From: an uncultured Desulfobacter sp.
Lineage (GTDB): Bacteria > Desulfobacterota > Desulfobacteria > Desulfobacterales > Desulfobacteraceae
Direction: 5' to 3'
Assembly: GCA_963665095.1 (NCBI GenBank)
Contig: OY762069.1
Location: 4,128,001-4,192,000 of the forward strand
Length of the DNA stretch: 64,000 bases
Made by a program: the position numbers and the translations under genes
Notes under the pieces: generated by a model
What the model saw: the letters and a program-made list of their open reading frames with translations, nothing else
What the model was told of the DNA's origin: nothing
The model's database searches: none
In this document: piece after piece, positions 48,788 through 59,152 of the stretch
How positions within the stretch are numbered: the stretch's first letter is position 1
Layout of the letters: each line of letters begins with the position of its first letter

Positions 48788-50445
48788 CTACCCCTGTTTG
48801 GCATCTTCCTCGTCTCTTAAAATTCGCCGCAGGATCTTACCCACAGCGGACTTTGGCAGTTCCGGCCGGAACTCCACAAGTTTTGGCACCTTATAGGCGG
48901 CCAGCTTTTCCCGGCAGAAATCCGTAATCTCCTTTTCCGTGGCCGTTTCTCCCGGCTGAAGCACCACATAGGCTTTAATGGTTTCTCCCCGGTATTCATC
49001 ATTAACCCCCACAGCCACCGCCTCGGCCACCTTGGGATGCTGATAGAGCACCTCGTCTATGTCTCTGGGATAAATATTATAGCCGCCGGCGATCACCATG
49101 TCTTTTTTGCGGTCTACAATGAAGATGTAGCCGTCTTCGTCCATCCTGGCCACGTCCCCTGTGTGAAGCCAGCCATCCGTAAGCTCTTCAGCCGTCTGCT
49201 CCGGGTTTTCCCAGTACTCTTTCATGACAAAGGGGCCTTTAATCAGCATCTCTCCGGCTTCTCCACGGGGCACTTCCGTCTTTCCATCCTCCACATCCAC
49301 GAGTTTAACATCTATGCCCGGCAGAGGAATACCAATGGAACCCACCTTTTTCAGCCCGAGCACCGGGTTGACCACCCCCAGGGAAGTGGTTTCGCTCATG
49401 CCCCACCCTTCTGAGGCCATGATTCCCATATCCAGGGTTTTTTCCAAAAGTTCCCGGGGCATGGGGGCTCCTCCTGAATTAAACAGGTCGATCTTCTTGT
49501 CCAGGTTAAGCTCCGCTGCTTTCGGATGGTTGACAATGGCGCCGATCATGGTGGGCACGGCCGGAAAAAAGGAGAGATGGTCAATGGATGCCAGAAGATC
49601 CATGAACGGATCAATCTCAAATTTGGGCACCAGGTACATGGTGGCGGCGTGAATCATGGACCAGTTCATCCCGATAATATTGCCGTATACATGGAAAAAT
49701 GGCAGGGCGCACATGCAGGTCCGATCTTTAACCGGAGAATATCCGGTGAGACCCATTCCCCAGTGTACCGCGGAGTAAGCGGTGCTCACAATATTATAAT
49801 GGGTAAGCACCGCCCCCTTGGGAATCCCTGTGGTGCCGCCGGTAAACTGGATTACCGCCGGATCCGAGGCATACACCTTTACCCGTGGACGCTTAGGTTT
49901 TTCACATTGGGCCAGCAAGGTATGAAAATGCAGCCAGGAGTCATCCAGCCCCATGGATTCCGGTGTGCTCAGATCACCGCCCATGGAGTCAAACACAGAC
50001 ACAGCGATTTTATGCGGCACGTCAACAGACGAGGTCACGGCATTGATGGCTGCCACGCCCATGTCAAAGGTGATCATGACATTGAGCCGGGAAAGACGGA
50101 TCAGTGCCACCAGTTCTTCCACGGTATACATGGGATTAAAGTTGACCACAATGGCACCCACATAGCTTGCCGCATAAAAGGAGATAATGTACTCGGGAAT
50201 GTTGGGCAGGTGAATGCCGATGCGGTCCCTTTCTGAATCCCCATCTTCTCGAACATGGTGGCAAGAGACAGGACTTTTTGCTTTAATTCATGAAAGGTCA
50301 TGGTTGCCCCGTAATAATTGACCGCAGCCTTGTCCGGCTGCACATTGGCCGCCTGGTTCAGCAGTTGATAGGTGGAAAACTGCGGGTGGCGGTACTCGGT
50401 TTGAACATTGAAATCATAATGCTGGTGCCAAAGTCTGTCTTCCAT
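48788..50445 (-). pseudogene. Long-chain fatty acid-CoA ligase (FadD-like) split by a 1-nt frameshift
   Basis: ORF 50445-50101 supplies the N-terminus; 50161-48788 has FTGGTTGIPKG, EGWGMSET, GWLHTGD, PKSAVGK. Adding one G at 50227-50229 restores KGDRIGIHLPN. Confidence 0.85.
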
Positions 50446-50576
50446 ATACTACCCCCCTTTAACTAATTGATTTTAAAAAAATTAATATCTTCCAGAGTCA
50501 GGACGCACGACACCTGTGTCCTGGCGGACCAGGATGTTTATACGTTTAAACTTGCTCGAAATATCCGGTTCGGGAA

Positions 50577-51737
50577 TCAGGCCCGAAGCCGGGGTGGCAG
50601 GATGAATACCCGCCGAAGTCCCTGCTGCAAAGAGATCGCAGCTTCGGGACAGAACCTTGCGCACACCCCGCACCCGAAACAGGAAGAGGCATCCACCAGG
50701 GCCGCACCGTCTTCTCCCACGACAATGGCCTCAGTGGGGCAGCGCTCTGTACAGGTGCCGCATCCCACACACAGGTCCGGATCCACCTGAGCCAGGTGAT
50801 AGGTGGAATTCACCAGAGGGGCCGTCCCGCTACGCCACAGGTTCATGGTATCGCAGCAATCCTTGCAGCAGTTGCAGATACTGGTCTCCAGGGCCTGCTC
50901 CCTTGAGCCGGGGTGAAATGCCTTATGCACCAGCCCGGCCGCTTCGGCTTCGGCCATGATCTGCCGGGCCTGCTCCTTGGTTACAGGCTTTGCAAAGCCC
51001 TGCTCCGCAGTGAAGCGGGCTGATTTTCCAAAGGTAAAGCAATTGAAGGTAGGTGCGCTGGTTTCACATGCCCCCCCCAGAGTACTGCGCCGCTGGCGGC
51101 AGAAACAGTAGCCCACGGCAATGTCGTCAAACTTGTCAATGATCTCGTCCACGGACTGGCTGGGCAGAATCACCTCGTCCGGAAGATCAATCCCCTTGTC
51201 CACCTTGATAATGGTGACAGGCTGCCCGTCTGCAGTGGTGTGCTGAGGCACGGTGCGGTCCACGGCCGGCATCTTTTCAAACAACGGCACCAGGCCGTCA
51301 TAGTGGGACTGGGTCTGTTCCCGGAGCTGCTCTGTCATCTCTTCAAACAGCCCGGCCAGGGTCTTCTCTTCCTGGGTGCCTTTCATCTCCCCCATAAAAA
51401 GGTATTCCATGAGCCCCACCACCATAAAGGGCAGAAGGCGGAATACCAGGAGACCTGAAGAGCTGGGCTGATTAAAAATCAGTCCTTTGGCCGCCAGCTG
51501 CTCAGCCAGACTTTTGGCCTTTTCCGGCGCAAACCCGCTGGTATCACTGAGCTGCTCAAGGGTCTGGGAGGACTTCTCCGTAAATGCACAGATCAGGCTT
51601 AGTTCATCCGAATTGTCTCCCACAACCATATCAATTATCTGAATGGCTGCCCTGCTCAAAGGAAAGGGAAACACGCCCTGCTTGCATACCGCCTTCGTGG
51701 CCCGGGTTAACAGGGTATCATCATTGACTTGTGTCAT
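50577..51737 (-). CDS. 4Fe-4S dicluster-binding protein with N-terminal HTH-like region
   Basis: CFCRQ, ICNCCKDCC, CVGCGTCTERCP and CFGCGVCARFCP. Confidence 0.85.
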   Translation of the reverse strand: MTQVNDDTLLTRATKAVCKQGVFPFPLSRAAIQIIDMVVGDNSDELSLICAFTEKSSQTLEQLSDTSGFAPEKAKSLAEQLAAKGLIFNQPSSSGLLVFRLLPFMVVGLMEYLFMGEMKGTQEEKTLAGLFEEMTEQLREQTQSHYDGLVPLFEKMPAVDRTVPQHTTADGQPVTIIKVDKGIDLPDEVILPSQSVDEIIDKFDDIAVGYCFCRQRRSTLGGACETSAPTFNCFTFGKSARFTAEQGFAKPVTKEQARQIMAEAEAAGLVHKAFHPGSREQALETSICNCCKDCCDTMNLWRSGTAPLVNSTYHLAQVDPDLCVGCGTCTERCPTEAIVVGEDGAALVDASSCFGCGVCARFCPEAAISLQQGLRRVFILPPRLRA

Positions 51738-51859
51738 AATTACCTCCAGCCGTAATGGCAGCCCCTGATCATGATCTTCTGACCATGGTTTATTCGGGGT
51801 GCCGTAAAGTTAAACTGCATCTCTTCTTATGATGTCGCCGCTGCAAAAGCCGGCAGACG

Positions 51860-52327
51860 TCACGATTCAAAAATCAGTGCAATAATCTCACAGACACAGA
51901 CCGGTTTGTCACTGTTTTCCAGCTCAACCTCACATGACCAGGTCAGTTTGAGTCCGCCATTTTCCTTCTCTTCCATCTGGCCTGGCTGGCAATAAAGGCG
52001 TACCCGGCTGTTCACCGGCACCGGACTTGGAAACCGTACCTTGTTGAGGCCGTAATTCACACCCATCTTAATACTTCTGAGAACCACGGTCTCCCCGATC
52101 ATGGCCGAGACCATGGAGAGGGACAAAAACCCGTGGGCCACGGTGGTGCCATAGGGGGACTCTTTGGCGGCCCGCTCAGGATCAGTGTGAATCCACTGCT
52201 CATCCCGGGTGGCCAGGGCAAAGGAGTTGATCATCTCCTGGGTCACAGTGACCCAGGGCCCGGGGCCGAACCGGATATTCTGCATCTTTTTCAGGTCGGC
52301 AAAACTGTCAATTTCCACCACGCTCAT
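51860..52327 (-). CDS. MaoC-family (R)-specific enoyl-CoA hydratase/dehydratase
   Basis: DEQWIHTDPERA, TVAHGFLSLS, NYGLNKVRFPSPV. Confidence 0.9.
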   Translation of the reverse strand: MSVVEIDSFADLKKMQNIRFGPGPWVTVTQEMINSFALATRDEQWIHTDPERAAKESPYGTTVAHGFLSLSMVSAMIGETVVLRSIKMGVNYGLNKVRFPSPVPVNSRVRLYCQPGQMEEKENGGLKLTWSCEVELENSDKPVCVCEIIALIFES

Positions 52328-52479
52328 GATATCTCCTTTTTATTTTCCACATTGCCGGAACCACAGGTAAACGCTGTGATAAAACCGGGACAGGGCAACC
52401 GGAGCCATACAGGTCAAGACTTGGCACAGGCTTTTAATGCATGTCCCGGCCGCCCGTCACGGTTGTGATTGCAAATAAC

Positions 52480-53259
52480 TTAACAGCCTTTAAACTCAGG
52501 CCGCCGCTTTTCAAGGAACGCCCCCATTCCCTCCTTCTGGTCCTGGGTGCCGAACAGCATACAGAACAGATCCTGTTCAATGACAATGCCGTCTTTCAGC
52601 GAGGTATTCAGCCCCTTGCGCACAGCCGCTTTGGCTGCACGAATGCCCATGGAAGGCCTGGCCATCAGTTTCTTGGCAAAGGCACTCACGGTGGATTCCA
52701 GTTCGCCTTTGGCCGTCTTGTGGTTCAGTATACCTAAGTCAAGGGCTTTCTGGGCATCAATGATCTCCCCTGTCATGATCAGTTCCAGGGCTTTGCTGGG
52801 ATTGATCAGCCGGGGAAGACGCTGGGTACCGCCACCGCCGGGAATGATCCCCAGATTAATTTCAGGCAGTCCCACCATGGCGGTGTCATCGGCAATTCTG
52901 AAATCGCAGCACAGGGCCACTTCAAGTCCGCCGCCCAGGGCATAGCCTGAAATGGCGGCAATGGTGGGCTTGGCCATGTCTGCCAGGCGCTCGGTCACGG
53001 GAATCCCCCGGTCAGTCATCTCAAATGCATCTTTAATGCTGCCGTTGGCCATGCCGTCAATGTCGGCACCGGCGGCAAACACCTTATCTGATCCGGTAAT
53101 CACCAGGACCTTGACCTCGTCGTCCGCCTCACAGGCCTCGACAATGGTGCCGATGTCGGAAAACACCTCATCGTTCAGGGCATTGAGCTTTTCCGGCCGG
53201 TTGAACCGGGCCCAGCCAATGCCATCTTTTTTTTCAAATGTCATCTTGTTCAAATTCAT
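52480..53259 (-). CDS. Enoyl-CoA hydratase (crotonase family)
   Basis: NRPEKLNAL, FAAGADI, ALGGGLEVA, PEINLGIIPGGGGTQRL. Confidence 0.93.
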   Translation of the reverse strand: MNLNKMTFEKKDGIGWARFNRPEKLNALNDEVFSDIGTIVEACEADDEVKVLVITGSDKVFAAGADIDGMANGSIKDAFEMTDRGIPVTERLADMAKPTIAAISGYALGGGLEVALCCDFRIADDTAMVGLPEINLGIIPGGGGTQRLPRLINPSKALELIMTGEIIDAQKALDLGILNHKTAKGELESTVSAFAKKLMARPSMGIRAAKAAVRKGLNTSLKDGIVIEQDLFCMLFGTQDQKEGMGAFLEKRRPEFKGC

Positions 53260-53276
53260 ATCTGCTCTCCTCTGGG

Positions 53277-54146
53277 CTATTTTGAATAGTCGTACCAGCC
53301 TTTGCCGCTCTTTTCTCCATATTCGCCCTTGGTATAGTGGGCTACCACAGATGGATTCGGCAGTTCAGCAGGATCTCCGGATTCCCTGAAGGACTCCACA
53401 CCCATGGTGTATGCCAAATCAATGCCCGTAAGATCCATGAGACGGAAGGGGCCCATGGGGTGTCCGGCGCCGTATACACAGGCCTTGTCAATATCCTCCA
53501 CAGATGCAACACCCATTTCCAGCATCCACTGGGCTTCCAGGCTGATCACCTTGAAAATTCGGTTCAACAGGAATCCCTTGACCTCTTTTTTCACATGGAC
53601 GCTGACCTTATCCAGCTTATCGCAAAGCGCCATGGAGATCTGGGCGGTTTCATCCGATACATGGGGACCCTGAACCACTTCCACCAGCTTCATTACCAGG
53701 GCGGGATTAAAGAAATGCACATTCAGCACTTTTTCCGGACGGCTGGTGACATCGGCAATCTTGGAAGAGACAATAGCAGAGCTGTTGGTTGCCAGGATGG
53801 CGTGGGCAGGCGCCATCTTATCGAGATCGGCAAAGAGTTTACGTTTGATATCCAGCACCTCCAGTACTGCTTCAATGACGTAGTCGGTCTCAGCCACTGC
53901 CTTTTCAAGGCTTGGGGTAAAACTGATGCGCTCCCGGGCACCCTTTGCCTGATCTTCCGTCAGTTTACCCTTTTTCACGCGGCCGGCCAGGTAGGAGTTC
54001 ACAAAGTCATCTGCCTTTTTAAGCATGGCTTCGCTGACGTCGGTGCAAAGGACATTATACCCTTTGATGGCGCAGTGAAGGCTGATCTGATGGCCCATGT
54101 TTCCGGCTCCGATAACGCTGATGGTTTTGATGTCGTCGATATTCAT
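53277..54146 (-). CDS. 3-hydroxyacyl-CoA dehydrogenase
   Basis: VIGAGNMG, IEAVLE, ATNSS, HFFNP, GHPMGPF; ATG 54146 after AAGGAG. Confidence 0.93.
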   Translation of the reverse strand: MNIDDIKTISVIGAGNMGHQISLHCAIKGYNVLCTDVSEAMLKKADDFVNSYLAGRVKKGKLTEDQAKGARERISFTPSLEKAVAETDYVIEAVLEVLDIKRKLFADLDKMAPAHAILATNSSAIVSSKIADVTSRPEKVLNVHFFNPALVMKLVEVVQGPHVSDETAQISMALCDKLDKVSVHVKKEVKGFLLNRIFKVISLEAQWMLEMGVASVEDIDKACVYGAGHPMGPFRLMDLTGIDLAYTMGVESFRESGDPAELPNPSVVAHYTKGEYGEKSGKGWYDYSK

Positions 54147-54171
54147 GCTGTTCTCCTTGTAAGATTGGTGG

Positions 54172-55380
54172 TTATCTCTGTAAATTTTCAATCACTGTGG
54201 CCACACCTAAGCCCCCGCCGCAGCAGGAGGCAAAAATACCGTAACGTCCACCGTTGCGGATCATATGGCGCATGGCAAACATGCAGACCCTGGCACCGCT
54301 GGCACCGTTGGGATGGCCAAAGGCAATGGCGCCGCCATAGGGGTTCCATTTGGCCATATCGATGGTCTCTCCGGTGGCCTGCTCCATATCCTTGATCACC
54401 GCCAGGTTCTGCACAGCAAACGCCTCATTGCACTCCAGTACATCCATGTCGGACAGTCTCAGGCCGGCCCGCTTGGCAGCCAGGGGCATGGCCGCAGCAG
54501 GACCGATTCCCATAATTCTGGGATCGCAGCCCACATCCGCGCCGGAGAGCCACCGGGCCATGGGGGTGTAGCCCAATTCTTCAGCTTTCTGGTAACTCAT
54601 CATCAAAACAAAGGCAGCCCCGTCATTCTGGCCTGAGGAGTTGCCTGCTGTTACTGTGCCGCCCTTTTTAAATACCGGCGGCAGCTTGGCCATACCCTCA
54701 AGGGTGGACTCGGGCCTGGGATGCTCATCTTTGTCAAACTGCCAGGCAGGGGTTTTACGGGTGGCTTCGAACTGCACCGGAATGATCTCGTCGTCAAAAT
54801 ACCCCGCATCCATGGCAGCCTTTGCCCTCATCTGGCTGTTATAGGCAAACTCATCTGATGCTTCCCGGGGAATTTCGTATTTTTCTGCCAGATTTTCCGC
54901 AGTCAGCCCCATGCCGATGCACTCCTCTTCCAGGGGGGACAGCTTAGGAATAATGGGCATGGGGGGAATCAGGCGGTAGGGCGGGGTGGAGGTGGGGATC
55001 TTAAAGGTCATCTGGCTGTAAGACTCCATGCCGCCGGCAATGATGATATCTGCCTGGCCAGCCAGGATTTTCCAGGCGGCATGGTTGATGGAATCAATGG
55101 CAGACCCGCACTGCATCTCCACATAGGAGGCAGAGGTGGTTTGGGGCAGCCGGGTGGAAAGCACAGCATGACGGGCCGGATTCAACGCCACGGAACAATG
55201 GGTGGCCGAACCCAGAAACACGGAATCCACATGGGCCTTTTCATGGATTTTTGTTTTGTCCAGCAATCCGTCAATGGCAATGGCCGCAAGTTTCGTGGCA
55301 TGCACGTCTCTGATGGAACCGCCCATCCGGCCAAATGCCGTACGCACTCCTTCTACAAACACAACCGCTTTGGTATTCAT
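54172..55380 (-). CDS. Acetyl-CoA C-acyltransferase (thiolase)
   Basis: MQCGSA, TAGNSSGQNDGAA, NEAFA, GHPNGASG, CCGGGLG. Confidence 0.93.
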   Translation of the reverse strand: MNTKAVVFVEGVRTAFGRMGGSIRDVHATKLAAIAIDGLLDKTKIHEKAHVDSVFLGSATHCSVALNPARHAVLSTRLPQTTSASYVEMQCGSAIDSINHAAWKILAGQADIIIAGGMESYSQMTFKIPTSTPPYRLIPPMPIIPKLSPLEEECIGMGLTAENLAEKYEIPREASDEFAYNSQMRAKAAMDAGYFDDEIIPVQFEATRKTPAWQFDKDEHPRPESTLEGMAKLPPVFKKGGTVTAGNSSGQNDGAAFVLMMSYQKAEELGYTPMARWLSGADVGCDPRIMGIGPAAAMPLAAKRAGLRLSDMDVLECNEAFAVQNLAVIKDMEQATGETIDMAKWNPYGGAIAFGHPNGASGARVCMFAMRHMIRNGGRYGIFASCCGGGLGVATVIENLQR

Positions 55381-55514
55381 TATTCATCTCCTTTGGATTA
55401 ATCAGATGTCCATATGAAAACGAACGTTTGTCCGATTTTTAAACGAGACACCGTCTATATTTTAATAAGCAGGACGAAAACCCGTGTTTGGACAAAAAAT
55501 TGCCCGCCCGTCAG

Positions 55515-57323
55515 TTATCCGCCAAACCCCTCATCTTCTATCTCAATAGCAGCGCCACAACCCTCTTCAATGGCAGCGAATTTACCCATGGTCACGATCA
55601 GTTCCGTGCGGATGAAAAATTCAGCCGTCTTTATTTCACCCTGGTAAAAGGCCTGATCTTTTTTCTTTACCTTACCGGTCAGTTTTTCACTGGCGGTGGC
55701 AGCCCGCCACAACAGCATCCATGCCATGATCACATCACCCATGGCATACAGAAACGGCAGGGAGTGGGAAAAAGCAGTTTTAAATGCCTTTGAGCCGGCC
55801 ATGGCACCTAACGCGCCGGCAGTGGCGGCCAGTCGGTCGGCAGCTTCGTCCACCCGGTTGGCCAGATTCGCAAGCGCCTCAAACTCCTTTGCCCGGTTGA
55901 CAGTCTGCTTGATCTCACCCAAAAGCCGGATAAACACAGTGCCTTTTTTAGCCCCCAGCTTGCGGCCGAGAAGATCCATGGCCTGAATACCGGAAGTGCC
56001 TTCGTAGATGGAGGTAATGCGGCAGTCCCTGGCATACTGTTCCACGAGATAGTCTTTGGTATATCCGGCACCGCCAAAGACCTGGATGGCCTGGTTGCAC
56101 ACCTCGTAGCCCATGACGGACAGATAATCTTTGAGAATCGGAGTCAGCAGACTTAAATAGGCCTCGTCATCTGCAGCACTGCCCGCGCCCTCCCTGATGT
56201 TCTCCATGACAAGTGCAGAGTAGTAAAAAAAGGAACGCATGCCGGACACATAGGATTTCATCCGGAGCAGATTTCTGCGCACATCCGGATGGTGGATGAT
56301 GGTCACAGGTTTGGCAGCCTGGTTGGCCTGGTCAGACAAATCCCTGCCCTGTACCCGTGCGCGCGCGTAGTTCAAGGCCTCCATGTAGGCAGCAGATGCA
56401 TAGGCCAGGCCCTGCAGCCCGGTATTGAGCCTTGCATCATTCATCATCCAGAACATGATCTTCATGCCTTCACGCTCCTGGCCCAACAAAAAACCCTTGC
56501 ACTGCCCTTTGCTCCCCAGGGCCATGGAACAGGTGGCAGAGCCGTGGATGCCGTGTTTTTCCTCAACCCCGGTGCAGACCACGTCGTTGAAATCCCCCAG
56601 ACTGCCGTCTTCGTTCACCAGGTATTTGGGCACAATAAAGATGGAGATTCCTTTTGTACCGGGGGGATCTCCTTCAATACGGGCCAGAACCGGATGGATG
56701 ATATTTTCTGCCAGGTCGTGATCGCCGTTGGTGATAAAAATTTTACTGCCCGTAATCGTGTAGGTACCGTCTTCGTTCTTTTTAGCGGTTGTGGTCAGCG
56801 CCCCCACATCAGATCCGGCATCGGATTCGGTTAAGAGCATGGTACCGCCCCACTCCGAAGCCACCAGCTTTTTCACATACATATCGCGCTGCGCCTGGGT
56901 GCCGAATTTCTGGATCATCAGAGCCGTGCCAAGGCCCATACCGGCATAGCAGTTGATGGCCCAGTTGGCAGCCATGAACAGCTCAGCCGCGGCATACCCG
57001 ATAATTTTTGGCGCGCCCTGACCGCCCATGCCCGACGGCACCGGCAGGCTTGCCCACTCCCCCTCTTTAAGGACTTCAAAGGGGCGATGAAAGGACTGTG
57101 GCACCTTAACCCCTTCCGGGGTAAGGGTCACACCGATCTCATCCCCCTCTTTCATGGTGGGTAGAATCTCTTTGACAGCTATGTTTCTGGCCTCTTTGAG
57201 CACCAGTTCACAGGTCTTGCGGTTGAACTCCTCAAATTTCTCCTTTGCCAGCACAGCGTCGCCGTCCAGCTGTTCCCAGATGACAAAATCCACATCACGT
57301 TTATCAGACAGTTGTTGAGCCAT
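55515..57323 (-). CDS. Acyl-CoA dehydrogenase (long, ~600 aa type)
   Basis: GTMLLTESDAGSDVG, GSKIFIT, FGGAGY, IYEGTSGIQAMDL. Confidence 0.93.
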   Translation of the reverse strand: MAQQLSDKRDVDFVIWEQLDGDAVLAKEKFEEFNRKTCELVLKEARNIAVKEILPTMKEGDEIGVTLTPEGVKVPQSFHRPFEVLKEGEWASLPVPSGMGGQGAPKIIGYAAAELFMAANWAINCYAGMGLGTALMIQKFGTQAQRDMYVKKLVASEWGGTMLLTESDAGSDVGALTTTAKKNEDGTYTITGSKIFITNGDHDLAENIIHPVLARIEGDPPGTKGISIFIVPKYLVNEDGSLGDFNDVVCTGVEEKHGIHGSATCSMALGSKGQCKGFLLGQEREGMKIMFWMMNDARLNTGLQGLAYASAAYMEALNYARARVQGRDLSDQANQAAKPVTIIHHPDVRRNLLRMKSYVSGMRSFFYYSALVMENIREGAGSAADDEAYLSLLTPILKDYLSVMGYEVCNQAIQVFGGAGYTKDYLVEQYARDCRITSIYEGTSGIQAMDLLGRKLGAKKGTVFIRLLGEIKQTVNRAKEFEALANLANRVDEAADRLAATAGALGAMAGSKAFKTAFSHSLPFLYAMGDVIMAWMLLWRAATASEKLTGKVKKKDQAFYQGEIKTAEFFIRTELIVTMGKFAAIEEGCGAAIEIEDEGFGG

Positions 57324-57450
57324 GGTTTCTCCTTGAAATATAAAAGGTACCTGCTATTTTACAATCTTTATCGCTATGGGCGTCTGCGCTATTCTTAATT
57401 CAGATCCCCATGACGACAGTTATCCCGATGTTACTTAACAGCTAAATGGG

Positions 57451-58914
57451 TTATTCCTGAGCCTCGCTGTCCAGCTCCTGGACACCGGCCAGCTTTTTGG
57501 CAAGTGACTGCTTCTGTTTCATGTCCACCTGGCGGGAAATCATAATCCGCTGGGCCTGGGGGGAGCCTGCGCCGTGCATGGACTCGGTAAGATACCCCAC
57601 GGCGGCAGTGCCAAAACAGATGTTTTCAATCAGACGCAGAATCCTGCGGCGATTTTCCGTGGGAACCCCCTTCTTTCCCCTGAAATACTTTTTCAGCCAT
57701 TTCCCTGCTTCCGGGGATCTGAAATCCTCATCCGACGGCAGGGTGACCAGCAGACCTCCGGCAATATCCTGTGCCAGACGGGCAATCTCATAGGGGAACC
57801 GGGTGACGTTCTGCTTGCTCACATTGGCCAGCAGGGTATCCACAAGAAAGGTGCCCGAGGGCTGCTGCCCGCCCTTGCATGCACAGGCAACGGAGCCGGC
57901 ATAAAGGGTTTCGTTGAGGTGATTCATCTCAATGAGCTTATCCTTGATGTGGGATGCTTTTTCCGCGCCATTGTATTCGGCAATGGTCTGGGCAGCCCCG
58001 ATAAGGACATCCCCTACCCCGCTTTTACATGCATAACTCTGGCGGTGATAGGAGGCAAACTGCTCCACCAGCTGACCGGCAAACTCATGCTCCCCGCACA
58101 TAAACACCCGTTCCCAGGGAACGAAAACATCGTCAAACACCACCAGGGCCTCATGTCCGCCAAACATGGCGTTTCCGCAGTCTATGGTGCTTTTCTCAAG
58201 TTTTCTGGTATCGCAGGACTGGCGGCCCATGATGTACATGATTCCCTCGGCATCGCTGGGCAGGGCAAAGGAGACTGAAAAGTCTTTATCTTTTTCAGAC
58301 ATGGAGATGGTGGGCATGACTATAATTTCGTGGGAATTCACAGCCCCGGTCTGGTGGGCCTTGGCACCGCGGACGATAATGCCCTTGTCGGTTTTCTTTT
58401 TAATACGCAGATAGACGTCCGGATCCGGCTGCTGATGAGGCCGCAAACCCCGATCGCCCTTGGGGTCGGTCATGGCACCGTCACAGGTCAGATCATTTTT
58501 CTGGACATATGCCAGATACTTTAGAAATCGCTTGTTGTATTCCGTACCGTGTTTCTGGTCTATGTCATAGGTGGTCATGGAAAGCGCATTGAGCGAATCC
58601 ATACCCACGCAGCGCTGGAAACAGGAACCTGTCACGGCACCGAGCAGCCGACCCATATCGGTCTTTTTCACCAGATCGTCGGTGCTCTGGTGAATATGAC
58701 AGAACCGGTTGATGGTCTCTCCGTTCAGATGGGAGGTAGCGGTCATCAAATCCTTATATTCAGGCACATGGGCCAGGTCATAGGTCATGGCCACGGAATT
58801 CATGGAGGGCCGTATAATGGGATGGTCCACCACATTGGTAACTCTTTGGCCGAACTGATACACTACCAGGTTCAGCTTTCTTAAACTGGCTTCATATTCC
58901 TTTCCCGTCATCAT
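57451..58914 (-). CDS. abfD: 4-hydroxybutyryl-CoA dehydratase/vinylacetyl-CoA isomerase family protein
   Basis: CFQRCVGMD, GAMTDPKGDR, GAKAHQTG, YHRQSYACK, ESMHGAGSPQAQR. Confidence 0.88.
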   Translation of the reverse strand: MMTGKEYEASLRKLNLVVYQFGQRVTNVVDHPIIRPSMNSVAMTYDLAHVPEYKDLMTATSHLNGETINRFCHIHQSTDDLVKKTDMGRLLGAVTGSCFQRCVGMDSLNALSMTTYDIDQKHGTEYNKRFLKYLAYVQKNDLTCDGAMTDPKGDRGLRPHQQPDPDVYLRIKKKTDKGIIVRGAKAHQTGAVNSHEIIVMPTISMSEKDKDFSVSFALPSDAEGIMYIMGRQSCDTRKLEKSTIDCGNAMFGGHEALVVFDDVFVPWERVFMCGEHEFAGQLVEQFASYHRQSYACKSGVGDVLIGAAQTIAEYNGAEKASHIKDKLIEMNHLNETLYAGSVACACKGGQQPSGTFLVDTLLANVSKQNVTRFPYEIARLAQDIAGGLLVTLPSDEDFRSPEAGKWLKKYFRGKKGVPTENRRRILRLIENICFGTAAVGYLTESMHGAGSPQAQRIMISRQVDMKQKQSLAKKLAGVQELDSEAQE

Positions 58915-59152
58915 GGGGACAATACCTCCTTAGGATGGTTGATGACGGAAAAACTGTCTCCCCGGGATTGGGGCGCAGGAAGGAAGTCGGCCGGTCGGCA
59001 CCTGGCGTGCATATCATTGCAACACCCACGATACTCTGCCGGCCGGCAGCTGCCTGCCGTATAAACAGCTGTCCCGTCATCTGTGGAACAGTCTTTGGGT
59101 TACGGCGGCAGGCGCTAACAGGGCATTACCCTGAATCAGGACTCCCCGGGAA

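Noticed and set aside
53337..54395. 352-aa plus-strand ORF
   Set aside because: Antisense shadow of the hydroxyacyl-CoA dehydrogenase and thiolase; no recognisable motifs.
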